Shown piece by piece: positions 37,086-47,273 of a DNA stretch of 64,000 bases. This DNA is from Candidatus Hodarchaeota archaeon (GTDB lineage: Archaea > Asgardarchaeota > Heimdallarchaeia > Hodarchaeales > Hodarchaeaceae). Every line of letters starts with the position of its first letter. Within the stretch, counting starts at the first letter, position 1. Position numbers and translations under genes: made by a program. The notes under the pieces were generated by a model. That model made no database searches. It was not told the origin of the DNA and worked only from the letters and a program-made list of their open reading frames with translations. The stretch lies in the NCBI GenBank assembly GCA_029856365.1, contig JAHQWW010000008.1:1-64000 (forward strand). The letters run 5' to 3'.

Positions 37086-38273
37086 TTGATGAAAATTATT
37101 GATTTAGTCCATCAAAATGAAGAATTTCGGAAAGATAATCTGAATATGATTGTATCTGAAAATATACTGAGCCCTCAGGTGAAACAAGCTTTATCCCTCC
37201 AGCACTCCCGATATCATGCTTCCTTTTACGGAGGAACAGAAGTTTTCCAAAAAATATATTCCCAAACCCAAGAATTGGCCAACAATATTTTCCAATGCAG
37301 TCATTCAATAATTTCCCCCTTATCAGGGAATATGGCCGTTTTAGCCGTTATCTTGGCTTTAACAAAACCTGATGATAAAATTGCTATTTTACCTCTATCA
37401 TCTGGAGGATATCCGATTAATCTCGAATTTTTTGGTCGGAAAAGAGTAGATATCCCTTTCAGTTTTGAAAAATATAATATTGACTCATCTCCAACACTTA
37501 ACATACTTTCCCGAGAAAAACCAATACTTGTGTTTTTGGGATCCTCATTATTTCTTTTTCCCCATCCTGTTAAAGCAATTGCTGATACTGTACATAATTA
37601 TGGAGGAACTGTAGCATATGATGGGTCACATGTTTTAGGTCTTATCGCAGGTAAACAGTTTCAGGATCCTCTTGTCGAAGGAGCTGATTTACTTCTTGGT
37701 TCAACGCATAAATCGTTTCCAGGGCCTCAAGGAGGAATCATTCTATCAAATGAGCTTCACATTGAAAAATTAGAGGAAGTTATTGGTACAAATCCTCTCA
37801 GTGGTATTGTGTTAGTTGATAACATTCATAATTCACGTGTCGGTGCATTGGGAGTTGCACTCGAAGAGTTTCTAGAATACGGGAGAGAGTATGCCCACCA
37901 AGTAATTAAAAACTCCAAAGTTCTTGCGAATAGTTTAGATGCAAACAACATATCTCTTCAAGGTAAAGAAAAAGGATTTACACAGTCTCACCAAGTATTA
38001 ATGAAGATACGAGATTTTGATGAAGGAGCAAAATTAAGAAATCTCTTGATGGATTATCAAATTGTGACAGATGCAGGCATGCGTTTTGGAACCGCAGAGC
38101 TGACCCGTTTAGGATTTCATGAAAGAGAAATGAAAATTCTTGGTAATATTATCGGAAAAATCATTTACAGTCATCTTCAAACACAACCGCTTAAACCTTT
38201 GGAGATAGATACTATCAAGGAGGAAGTTAAAAAGCTCATTAACCTTATGAAAGAATCAAATCTTCTGGGATAA
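37086..38273 (+). CDS. glyA: serine hydroxymethyltransferase-like PLP enzyme (divergent)
   Basis: LNMIVSEN, YDGSHVLGLIAG, STHKSFPGPQGG, RFGTAELTRLG. Confidence 0.7.
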   Translation: MMKIIDLVHQNEEFRKDNLNMIVSENILSPQVKQALSLQHSRYHASFYGGTEVFQKIYSQTQELANNIFQCSHSIISPLSGNMAVLAVILALTKPDDKIAILPLSSGGYPINLEFFGRKRVDIPFSFEKYNIDSSPTLNILSREKPILVFLGSSLFLFPHPVKAIADTVHNYGGTVAYDGSHVLGLIAGKQFQDPLVEGADLLLGSTHKSFPGPQGGIILSNELHIEKLEEVIGTNPLSGIVLVDNIHNSRVGALGVALEEFLEYGREYAHQVIKNSKVLANSLDANNISLQGKEKGFTQSHQVLMKIRDFDEGAKLRNLLMDYQIVTDAGMRFGTAELTRLGFHEREMKILGNIIGKIIYSHLQTQPLKPLEIDTIKEEVKKLINLMKESNLLG

Positions 38274-38377
38274 AAACTCAAAAACTGTATTTCATTGTGG
38301 CAACATCAAAGAATAAAATCTTGACACTTCTCCAAACTGAATTTATTAACAGTAAATTCTCATGTGTGGCTATAAAA

Positions 38378-39388
38378 ATGGAAGAAGCAGAATTTCGTGA
38401 ACTTATCCAGCAATACGCTATGCAGGTACGCTTAGAGCAGGGGGAGGCAAGCTTAACGTCTGTTTTGAAACTAGTAATTACAGAAAATCCACAATTAAAG
38501 AATCAAGTTCGTTCATCTGTATCTATTGTGAAAGAAGAAATTGCCAAGATCAATGAGATGGCAGAAGATGACCTGGGAGATGTTACTGCTGAAATTGAAG
38601 CTGATGAATCCTCTGAATACGAGATGCTTGAGAATCTTGTAATACAAAAATTCACAGAAGACGAAAAATTAAAAGCCCAGATCAAAGCTTTAATCATCTA
38701 CGGATCTTATGCCAAACGTTTACATGTTGTTGGTGAGAGTGATATTAATTTTGTAGTTATTTTAAGTTCTGATTACTCCCAAACCGAGACGGAAGAAGCC
38801 ATTGAAAAGATTGGTCAAATTGCGGAAGAAATCGTCACACCTGAAGTAGCTCATATCTTTGATCTGATGATCTTGAAAGAAGATGATCTCACTCAACTAG
38901 AAAAATTTGGGCCTGATTTCAGTTTTATTCATGCATTATATGCAAAAGAAGGAGACGTCAAACTAGGCACAAACGTGTTCAATTCTTTAGATATCTCAGA
39001 GGAACAAGTTCATGAAGCAGCAAAATTACTAATTAGTGACGCAATTGTACAGTACGATGAAATTATTAATACTGCAAAAGAAGAGGGATTACCTGATGAT
39101 GAACTAGAATATCTTGTTAGCGCCTCGATTATTGATATTGCTTTTGCCCTATGTTGTTACAAAGTAGGTTTAAAAGCAGTAACGATGGACCTTGTCAAAC
39201 CTGATATCCATGAAGAAATCATTGAGGTTTGGGGGGAAAGAGGATTGTTTTCAGATTATTATGATATGCTGCAACAAGCTCATGCTTTTAAACTTGGAAT
39301 AAAGCTTCCAAACTCCCAAGATTTTCTACAAAAAAGCATTGACTTCATTAAAGAAGTGATTAAACACACTGGTCTAAAGCAAGAATAA
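38378..39388 (+). CDS. nucleotidyltransferase (Pol-beta fold) with an N-terminal domain resembling archaeal GluRS
   Basis: IIYGSYAK…ESDINFVV…FDLMIL. N-terminal RELIQQYAM…VLKLVITENPQLK…IVKEEIAKINEM. Start moved to ATG 38378. Confidence 0.7.
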   Translation: MEEAEFRELIQQYAMQVRLEQGEASLTSVLKLVITENPQLKNQVRSSVSIVKEEIAKINEMAEDDLGDVTAEIEADESSEYEMLENLVIQKFTEDEKLKAQIKALIIYGSYAKRLHVVGESDINFVVILSSDYSQTETEEAIEKIGQIAEEIVTPEVAHIFDLMILKEDDLTQLEKFGPDFSFIHALYAKEGDVKLGTNVFNSLDISEEQVHEAAKLLISDAIVQYDEIINTAKEEGLPDDELEYLVSASIIDIAFALCCYKVGLKAVTMDLVKPDIHEEIIEVWGERGLFSDYYDMLQQAHAFKLGIKLPNSQDFLQKSIDFIKEVIKHTGLKQE

Positions 39389-39405
39389 CCCTGAATGTTT
39401 ATCAG

Positions 39406-39993
39406 CTATAATATAAATTCCTTGAGGTACTTTTCTAAAAAAGAAAATTGTTCTTCATACTGCTGCAGTTGTTGAAGAGCATGCATTTTAAATCCTTGGA
39501 ATTGGTTCTTATCAAGCCACCGTTTTTTTCTATATTCGTTTGCTTGGTGAATCAGATCAATAAAATCTGATACTCTTGCTATATGATACTCTTCACTCTG
39601 CTGATCATTTAATATCCTTTCAAATGATTCTTTTAATGGGAGGGGAACCTTACCTAAGATGTTGTGAATCGCTCCCTCCTGCACTTTCTGCTGAAATTGT
39701 GCCAAGTGTTCTTTGTTGTATACAACATTATTAAAGCTTTTATCCATATCAAGACACTCTGATTCTGAAAGATCATGAACTAAGCCGATTAGTACGGCTT
39801 TCTCAATATCTAACGGATGTTTTCTTTTTGCCACACGAAAGGAATTCTCCAGAACACACAGGATGTAAGTGAGAAATGCAACAGACCACGAATGATCTGC
39901 AAGGGATTCAATTGAACTAAAAGGTACACCAGCCCTTACCCACCCCTGTCTCCGTAATCTTTTCATCAAAATTATGTTTTCATATAGTTTCAA
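39406..39993 (-). CDS. HD-domain hydrolase (YfbR/HDDC2-like 5'-deoxynucleotidase)
   Basis: KRLRRQGW…ESLADHSW…LVHDLSE. Confidence 0.85.
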   Translation of the reverse strand: MKLYENIILMKRLRRQGWVRAGVPFSSIESLADHSWSVAFLTYILCVLENSFRVAKRKHPLDIEKAVLIGLVHDLSESECLDMDKSFNNVVYNKEHLAQFQQKVQEGAIHNILGKVPLPLKESFERILNDQQSEEYHIARVSDFIDLIHQANEYRKKRWLDKNQFQGFKMHALQQLQQYEEQFSFLEKYLKEFIL

Positions 39994-40719
39994 AGGTTAC
40001 AATCACCTAGGCTCAGTAGGAATTAGTAAAACAAAAAACGAGTTTCTTTATTATGATTTTATCAGTTTTATTATCATATTTTCAATTATTAAGTGGCTCT
40101 AAATTATCTTTTAGCATGATTAATTAAGTGATTAGAAGAAATAATGCCCTTTCAAACAGATTAAACGAATTACCATTAGAAAGTCCTAATTCTCTTATAG
40201 CCTGTAAACATTAATTAAGGCCTTTATCCCAGTACTAATCGGAATCAATAATGACGAAAAAAATACAAAGCCAAAAGAAGAATAATGACCCAACCATTGA
40301 TGGTGATTCCTCCGAAATCAATGAAAAAACGATTAGTGAAGAAAAATACAAAGCTGACATTGAAATGAGAAGAAATAGGGATTTCTCTGTGAATATTTTC
40401 TTGTATTCTTATCCAATTCCTCTCAGATGCACAAAAAACACAATCTATCTCGGAAATTTGATACTAGAAAAAAAAATATGATCATTACCAATCCGAATTG
40501 TTAAATCACGTCAAGGGTATTGACCGACATTCTCAATCCACTACTCTGTGACACTAATAGGTGAAATGTTTAACTAGAAATTAAGAATAGGATCAATTGA
40601 CGTTAAAACAGTAATTTGAATCTATTTTTCTTATTGTGTTTTCTATAGAAGTTCTCTGAGTTCTAGGAACATCCCCCATTAAACGACAAAAATAAGAATT
40701 ATTAAAAAAAGCCTACTCA

Positions 40720-41010
40720 TCAAGCTTTGACATAAACTTTTAAACGACGATTGGAGACGGCTTTTTTCAGAATTTTCTTTTCTTCCAAATCTTCTAATAG
40801 TTGTTTCGCTGCAGAAACACGAATATCTCGCTTTGCAGCTATTTCCTGAGGCGTGACAACTACTGTTTTTCTTTTAGAATAATCCTCTTCTAATTCTTTG
40901 AGAATTTTTTCGTATTCATCACCAACCATCAAGGAACGTTCATAACTAGAATACTCGAATATTTTACCCCAACGACGTTTCTTACGAACTCTTTTTTCAG
41001 AAAGACCCAT
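40720..41010 (-). CDS. rps25e: 30S ribosomal protein S25e
   Basis: KKRRWGK…VVTPQEIA…IRVSAAKQLLEDL…VYVK. Confidence 0.85.
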   Translation of the reverse strand: MGLSEKRVRKKRRWGKIFEYSSYERSLMVGDEYEKILKELEEDYSKRKTVVVTPQEIAAKRDIRVSAAKQLLEDLEEKKILKKAVSNRRLKVYVKA

Positions 41011-41259
41011 TAATAGTTACTCCACAATATACAGGTTGATGTAAAACCTTTTAGGAGACGGTTTTACAGTAATTAAACTAATTTACGTTACCATGTACCA
41101 AGTTTTTATTCTTTTCGTGAAATTCTCTTCTTTAAGAAAACAAAATTAAATATTTTCTGCTATTTTATCGATTTATGAAAAACAGAAAACTCATAATTGC
41201 AATAAAATGAATTTTTACTAATTAAATATCTATTTTTTAGATAATAAAATGTTAATGAG

Positions 41260-42003
41260 ATGAGTATTTCAGTGAACAAAGCATTTGGGGACAGTTTGCT
41301 CGCATACTGGCGTGGTAATCTGGAAGCAAAGCATATCATAGAGCGGGATGATGGCTATAAACAAGAAGTGCTAATAGAATATCTTTTCAAGAAACACAGC
41401 GAATGACCTGAAGAGGAAGTTCGTTCACTTGAACATATTCCCTTGGGTTCAACTATTCTCGATGTGGGATGTGGTGTTGGAAGAATAGCAATTTATTTAC
41501 AAAAAAAAGGACATAAAGTTGTTGGTCTGGATTCATGCCCAACAGCAATTCAGATAGCGAAAGCTCGAGGATTACAATATACACTTCTAGGAAATGTCTG
41601 TGAATTAAAGAGCTCTCCAATCTTTTATACATTTGACACCATTTTAATGATGGGAAATAACTTCGGATTGTGCGGAGATATACCCAATACAGAAAGGTTA
41701 TTAAAAAGATTGAATTCTTTTCTTTCTCCAAATGGATTGTTGATTTTTTCTTGTCTTGACCCCCTCAATACTGACAATCCTTCCCATTTGGCCTATCATG
41801 AACAAAACTGTAAAAAAGGTAGACCCCCAGGACTCGTTCGTATTCGAATTCATTATCAAAATATTGTGGATAAATGGTGGGACCTTCTGTTTGTGAACGT
41901 TATTACTGTAAATAAAATTTTAGAAAACATAGGATACCAAAAAGTTTCCATCTATCAAAATATTTCTTCTCCTGTGTTTTATATTGTAGCTAAAAAACTG
42001 TAA
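41260..42003 (+). CDS. class I SAM-dependent methyltransferase with in-frame TGA at codon 49
   Basis: ATG 41260 in frame: …IIERDDGY…HSE*PEEE…ILDVGCGVGR. TGA at 41404-41406. Confidence 0.7.
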
Positions 42004-42152
42004 TAATGCTGAAACCTTGAATCATGAAGCTCCCTGTTTGTTGTCCCCCTACCCCCCTCATGTTCTCTCTTTAAAATCTCTTTGCATTTCCACTCAGAAA
42101 GAAGAAATTAATATGTTTCATCAGTAGGCTTAAACAATCACTAGCTTTTTTT

Positions 42153-43073
42153 TTAAATGTAAGCTGAGAACAATTTCATTAAGCCTTCAATAAGAAAACC
42201 AAGAATACCTAAAGTAATACACGCTTTCAACATCTTTTTAGCAGGAGTTGCATTTGTAATTATTTCTTCTTCTGTACGATTAAACAACAAATAACCGCAA
42301 TAAAAAATCACTATGTCAATGATCAACACGATTAAAACGAAAATTGGATTTGTGTAATAATTCCAAAGAATGGGTAAGGGATTAACAAATACTAACAACA
42401 GCAATATCAGAAATCCAAGATTTCGTGCGGGTTTAACCCCATACTTCAAAGCAACTGATTGGACATTCTTCAATTGATCGCCATGAACATCTTCGATATC
42501 TTTAATCACTTCTCTCCCCACAATTAATAAGAAAGCAAACAGAACTGGAAAAATCATTGTTTCAAAACTCCTTGTTAAAAATCCACCATAAATAAACGGG
42601 ATGGCAGTAAGAAGACCAATCATGATATTCCCCAAAAGACCTGATCGTTTAAAATAGATAGCATAAAGATAAAGGAGAACTCCCCCAACGAGAGCAATGA
42701 GGGATGCTTGAATTCTTAGCATAAAATGACTATATATATTAAAAAGAGGGACTACAACGCCAATAATAAAAAGAATGATTGAATATCCTTTAGCTTCACC
42801 TATTGTCATTAATCCTGAGGGGAGAGGACGATGAGGAGCATTAATCTTATCGATTTCAATATCGAAAACATCATTTATTGCATATCCTCCAATAGCAATC
42901 AATGATGTTGCTAAATAACCTAGTACAATTCCAGCAATTTGACTTTCGTCCAACGGTAATTTATTTTCTGTTACTGCGGCAATCGCACCTATTACAACTG
43001 CAAAACCCGATAAAAAAGAATTTAGAGGGCGACTAATTAAAAAGAGGGCTAATAGAAGACGTTTTATATTCAT
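42153..43073 (-). CDS. digeranylgeranylglyceryl-phosphate synthase (UbiA family)
   Basis: INDVFDIEIDKINAPHRPLPSG and REVIKDIEDVHGD; multiple TM helices. Confidence 0.88.
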   Translation of the reverse strand: MNIKRLLLALFLISRPLNSFLSGFAVVIGAIAAVTENKLPLDESQIAGIVLGYLATSLIAIGGYAINDVFDIEIDKINAPHRPLPSGLMTIGEAKGYSIILFIIGVVVPLFNIYSHFMLRIQASLIALVGGVLLYLYAIYFKRSGLLGNIMIGLLTAIPFIYGGFLTRSFETMIFPVLFAFLLIVGREVIKDIEDVHGDQLKNVQSVALKYGVKPARNLGFLILLLLVFVNPLPILWNYYTNPIFVLIVLIIDIVIFYCGYLLFNRTEEEIITNATPAKKMLKACITLGILGFLIEGLMKLFSAYI

Positions 43074-43401
43074 AAAGTACAGCTCGAGTCATTTTTCAGA
43101 CTTGTATGAACTCAATCTTATATTTTTTTAACCTTGTGTACTCTTCATGTAAGTTTTCTCCATGAACCGAGATAAAAATGTGAAATTTTGGTTTTTAGGT
43201 GACATTCAGAAGAACATTGAAGATATTTAAGCTGGTAAATAACCAGTAGAATAGGTGATAAAGATGTTTTACTATTGTATTTTGAATCATAAGTTTTTAA
43301 ATTTTTGAATTCTGTTTGAGGGACTTTCTAGAGGAAAACAAAAATTCATTATTATCTGTCTTTTTTTTAAAAAAATGAAGGTGAGAAATGGAGGAAGACT
43401 A

Positions 43402-44292
43402 CTACTCACTGTCTTCTTCTTTCTTTTTCTCTACAGGTAGTGATTTTACTCCATAAACACCTACTGGAGGTAGACCACTACCAGATCCTCCTTCAGTACT
43501 ACCTGAAAATCCTGCTATTGGGATATTCGCTGGAATCAACATGATAGTAGCGCCTCCTTCTGTAGCGGCCTCAAACAAAAGATTGATCCACCGGAGCTCC
43601 ATAGCAACTGGATTATCTATGTATTGGTTTGCTGCTTCAATCATACCTTTAGCAGCTTCCTTTTCGGCCTGAGAAAGAGTTATACGGGCCCTTCGCTCTC
43701 GTTCTGCTTCTGCCTGTCGTGATATAGCTTCTTGTAATCTACCTGGAACCACCACATCACGAATTTCAACAGACATGATCTTTATTCCCCAGTTCTCTGT
43801 TTTTTCGTCTACCAATTCTTGCATATGATGTGCTATTTTCTCTCGTTCTGCGAGTACCTCATCAAGTTCCACTTGTCCTGTTACTTCTCGTAAGGTTGTT
43901 TGAGCTACCCATTGGGTTGCGGATTGATATTGTTCGACTTCAAGGATTGTTTTTTCAACATCAATTACCCTGAAAAAGAGGACTGCATCAATCGAGACTG
44001 GGACATTATCCCTTGTCAAACTCTGTTCGGAGCGGAACGAATAGGTTTGAATCCGTGTTGAGATAATTGACGGGATTTTGTCTATCCCTGGTATTATCCA
44101 AAAGATTCCTGGCCCACGAAGCCCAGTATAGCGGCCGAGGCGTAAAACTGGTGCGCGCTCCCACTCTTTTACAACCCTTATTCCACTGAGGAGATAAATT
44201 AAAACTAGGATAAAGGCAATAATTACTATAATGCCTAGAAAAACTTCATCTATACCTTGCCCGAAAAAATTTAATAAACTCACTTCTATCAT
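43402..44292 (-). CDS. SPFH/band-7 (stomatin-like) protein
   Basis: LRLGR…GPG, TRDNVPV, AQTTLR, WGIKI.SVEI, QAEAERERRA. Confidence 0.92.
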   Translation of the reverse strand: MIEVSLLNFFGQGIDEVFLGIIVIIAFILVLIYLLSGIRVVKEWERAPVLRLGRYTGLRGPGIFWIIPGIDKIPSIISTRIQTYSFRSEQSLTRDNVPVSIDAVLFFRVIDVEKTILEVEQYQSATQWVAQTTLREVTGQVELDEVLAEREKIAHHMQELVDEKTENWGIKIMSVEIRDVVVPGRLQEAISRQAEAERERRARITLSQAEKEAAKGMIEAANQYIDNPVAMELRWINLLFEAATEGGATIMLIPANIPIAGFSGSTEGGSGSGLPPVGVYGVKSLPVEKKKEEDSE

Positions 44293-44457
44293 CCTTTTTG
44301 TTGTTTTTATGGAAAACTTCCTGAGTGAAGATAAAAGGAATTCTTATTTAAATTAATGGTAGTGGAACTTAATATAACCTTTCTATAAGTAATTTAAAAA
44401 TTTGTAACCTCCAAAAAAAAGGCAGGACGACAAATCTAGAATGAGGAAATTATTAAA

Positions 44458-44871
44458 ATGTCTTTTAATCAATTTACAGTTGAGTTCTCAATCATTGGAG
44501 AAGAGAGAGTTGGCCGTGCAACATTAATACAGCAATTATCTCCCAAAACTGTGGCATTAATTCGTTATCGGTTACGACAACCAATCCAATCGCGCGTTGT
44601 TGTTCGTAATGGGGAGGTTGCTATACCATTCAAAATCGGGCGAGCTGGGCCAGAGAAATCGAGGCGAGATGTAAAGCGAGGGGAAGTTGCCTACTGGCCT
44701 CAAAGCCAGACTCTTATCATTTTTCTTAAAGAAAAACAAGTTGATTATCCTGTGAACATCATTGGGTCAATAGATATTGGAAGTTTGAGATTTTTCGACC
44801 AACTTACTATTGGAAAATCCATCAAATTAGAAATGCTTAAACCAACGGTCGATGAAGAAGATTATCTTTGA
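44458..44871 (+). CDS. cyclophilin-like fold protein (DUF369/TM1367-like)
   Basis: SPKTV, GEVAYWPQ…YPVNIIG. Confidence 0.7.
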   Translation: MSFNQFTVEFSIIGEERVGRATLIQQLSPKTVALIRYRLRQPIQSRVVVRNGEVAIPFKIGRAGPEKSRRDVKRGEVAYWPQSQTLIIFLKEKQVDYPVNIIGSIDIGSLRFFDQLTIGKSIKLEMLKPTVDEEDYL

Positions 44872-44879
44872 TTACTAAC

Positions 44880-45611
44880 TTATTGTCCGAAAAACAACCT
44901 TTCTGCAAGTCGAATAGGAAGCCCTACACGCTGAATTTCCCGTGCAACTTCTCGTATATCATATTCTACCCGAATCCAATCAAGTCGCATGGCTGAATCC
45001 GGGTCAATTTCTATAATTCCTACTGAGGCTCTTGGATCGTTGTCTCGAGGTTGACCTACGGATCCTGGATTAAAAATGACTTTACCGTTTTTCTTACTCT
45101 GGTAAATGAATGGGATATGTGTATGTCCGATCACAAGTACATGATTCTCTCCGATCATATCTAGTAATTTATCCTTTCGTTCATTAGAATCTTCTGGATA
45201 GACATAGTCAGCCAAATAGTCTAGTGGGGAAGCATGAGTAAGGTAAATCTTGACACCACGTTCTTCGATTTTGAGATACTCATTTTTTGCTAGTATTGAT
45301 AGAAATGTCTTATTATATGTTGTTAACTCATCAAACGTCCAATGGACTGCTTGCACTGCCCATTTTTTAAATCCATCAGCATTTCCAGTTGCACAAGCGA
45401 CATCATGGTTACCAATCACACTGACAAATGACTCTGCAATTTTACACATTTCATTGGGATAAGGACCGTATCCTACGATATCTCCTAAACAAATAACATG
45501 ATCGATATTCTTTCCATAAACTTCTGAGATTTTATCGTGCACAGCATAATATGCGGGAAGATTACTATGGAGGTCAGCGATTATTAAGATTCGTAAAGTA
45601 CGGGTTCCCAT
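44880..45611 (-). CDS. metallophosphoesterase
   Basis: DLHSN, GDIVGYG, GNHD, HASP, GHTH, NPGSVGQPRD. Confidence 0.92.
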   Translation of the reverse strand: MGTRTLRILIIADLHSNLPAYYAVHDKISEVYGKNIDHVICLGDIVGYGPYPNEMCKIAESFVSVIGNHDVACATGNADGFKKWAVQAVHWTFDELTTYNKTFLSILAKNEYLKIEERGVKIYLTHASPLDYLADYVYPEDSNERKDKLLDMIGENHVLVIGHTHIPFIYQSKKNGKVIFNPGSVGQPRDNDPRASVGIIEIDPDSAMRLDWIRVEYDIREVAREIQRVGLPIRLAERLFFGQ

Positions 45612-45703
45612 ATAACACCAACAAATAATTTAGATATGAACCTATTTAATTCTAGTCCTATATTATTCCTTTATATAAAAAAGGAAAACAGGGGAGGAAC
45701 CGT

Positions 45704-46366
45704 TTAGTCTGTGATTAATATGTGAACTTCAACTTCCTTTTCAGTTAGAGGTTCTTTTTTCCCTAATGCTGAAGTCATAATTTCTAGAATTAATTTCTTT
45801 GCAGTTTCCACATCAAGACCGACTTTATATTGTTTTCGTAGAGCATCAATCACCCGTTCATTACCGCTACCTGCAGCATAGGCATTTACTGCAAAGAATG
45901 AACCACCATTATCAACAAAGAAAAGCTGTGCTTCATTATCCACTGAACTAAATCCAGCGAGAATTAATGCAGTACCAAAAGGCCTTAATCCACCTGCAAT
46001 AGTATGTCGAGCCATTAGATCACCTAATCGTGATGCCAACGCACGAACAGAAATCTTTTCACCATAAATGAGACGATGTTGCTGAGCAATAAGACGGGCT
46101 TGACCAATGAGAAGATTAGAATCTGTAGATAAGCCTGAAGCGACAACAAAAAGATTTTTATCGATTTCTTGAATCTTGTCTGGTCTGATGACAAGAGGAT
46201 CATAAAGTGTTTCACCAGCTAATAATATTGTCTTATCATCAAGTATCATACCGACAGCAGCAGCTCCTCTTTCCGAAGCTTTGCGGGCGTAAGAGAGTTG
46301 AACCAGTTCCCCATCAGGAGACCAAATAGCCGCACTTTTATCGTATGGAACACGAGAATCATACAT
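45704..46366 (-). CDS. psmA: 20S proteasome alpha subunit (divergent paralog)
   Basis: YDKSAAIWSPDGELVQLSYA, RPFGTALILAG, A.GSG. Confidence 0.88.
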   Translation of the reverse strand: MYDSRVPYDKSAAIWSPDGELVQLSYARKASERGAAAVGMILDDKTILLAGETLYDPLVIRPDKIQEIDKNLFVVASGLSTDSNLLIGQARLIAQQHRLIYGEKISVRALASRLGDLMARHTIAGGLRPFGTALILAGFSSVDNEAQLFFVDNGGSFFAVNAYAAGSGNERVIDALRKQYKVGLDVETAKKLILEIMTSALGKKEPLTEKEVEVHILITD

Positions 46367-46378
46367 TTATTGTTCACC

Positions 46379-47032
46379 TCATAAGTCTATATGAATTTCT
46401 TCTGCAACGTCCTCTTTAGTGCTGAAGATTAATCCATCAATGCCGTTTCCTGTAGCAATGTCACGACCAATCGCCATTTTCAACGCATTAATACCTAGGT
46501 CTTTTGCTTTAGCTTTTGTTAAATCTGGTTTCCATGAGGCCTCAAGAACACCCATTGCTAGAAGAGTACCAGACCCAATAGCTATATAATCCTCCTCTGC
46601 AAGGGATCCACTTGGATCAAGCACGTAAACATGAGACCCACGACGATCCACTCCTCCGACAAGGAGTTGCACCCACCACGGGGTATATCTTCTAAAACCC
46701 CCATGTATGATTGTAGCCAATAAACTTGCCGCAACTCTTATACTTGGTCGAAAATTGTTCTCTAATTCGTAGAGACGAAGTTCAGATTTCATTACGTCAA
46801 TCAAGGTTTGGGCGTCGGAGACTAAACCCGCAATACCCATACCTGTATATTCATTTAATTTATGCACTTTCTTTGCGCGTTTACTAGCAATGAAAGTTCC
46901 TGCTGATGCTCGTCGGTCAGCAACAAGTATCATTCCATCTACATATTTTAAAGCGAGACCTGTTGTACCTGTTACAAGTTGCATCTGATTTGGATTTCCA
47001 GTATTAAACATTGGATTAGTTGGAAAATTCAC
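46379..47032 (-). CDS. psmB: 20S proteasome beta subunit
   Basis: Propeptide, TG|TT autocleavage site, ADRRAS, K33 equivalent, GSG, RD.ATG. Confidence 0.92.
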   Translation of the reverse strand: MNFPTNPMFNTGNPNQMQLVTGTTGLALKYVDGMILVADRRASAGTFIASKRAKKVHKLNEYTGMGIAGLVSDAQTLIDVMKSELRLYELENNFRPSIRVAASLLATIIHGGFRRYTPWWVQLLVGGVDRRGSHVYVLDPSGSLAEEDYIAIGSGTLLAMGVLEASWKPDLTKAKAKDLGINALKMAIGRDIATGNGIDGLIFSTKEDVAEEIHIDL

Positions 47033-47273
47033 AGTAAATTTCTCCTTGTATTGAATTTTTCTTTTAATATTAAGTTTTTCTAACTTATTTAAGCTTATTT
47101 AGCTAGAATAATATATTGACTGACTTTTAATGGATATAACCAATCGGCTTTTTTTATATCCCCAAACTTTACATAATTGCATGAAAATTTTACAATTAAT
47201 AAAATTACATCAGTTTTTATATCATAACCTGAAATTTAGATGGAAAATAGGTAGGTTCAATAAATTTACTTGT

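Noticed and set aside
40251-40481. 76-aa ORF in a 700-bp AT-rich gap
   Set aside because: No motif; may be a decayed gene but cannot be supported.
16513-41406. Genome-wide stop-codon reassignment (TAG=Pyl or TGA=Trp/Sec)
   Set aside because: Conserved genes end at their expected C-termini with TAG (hydA, thermosome 1, rpoK, nuoD) and TGA (rps17e, KaiC-like, tatD), so both are functional stops.
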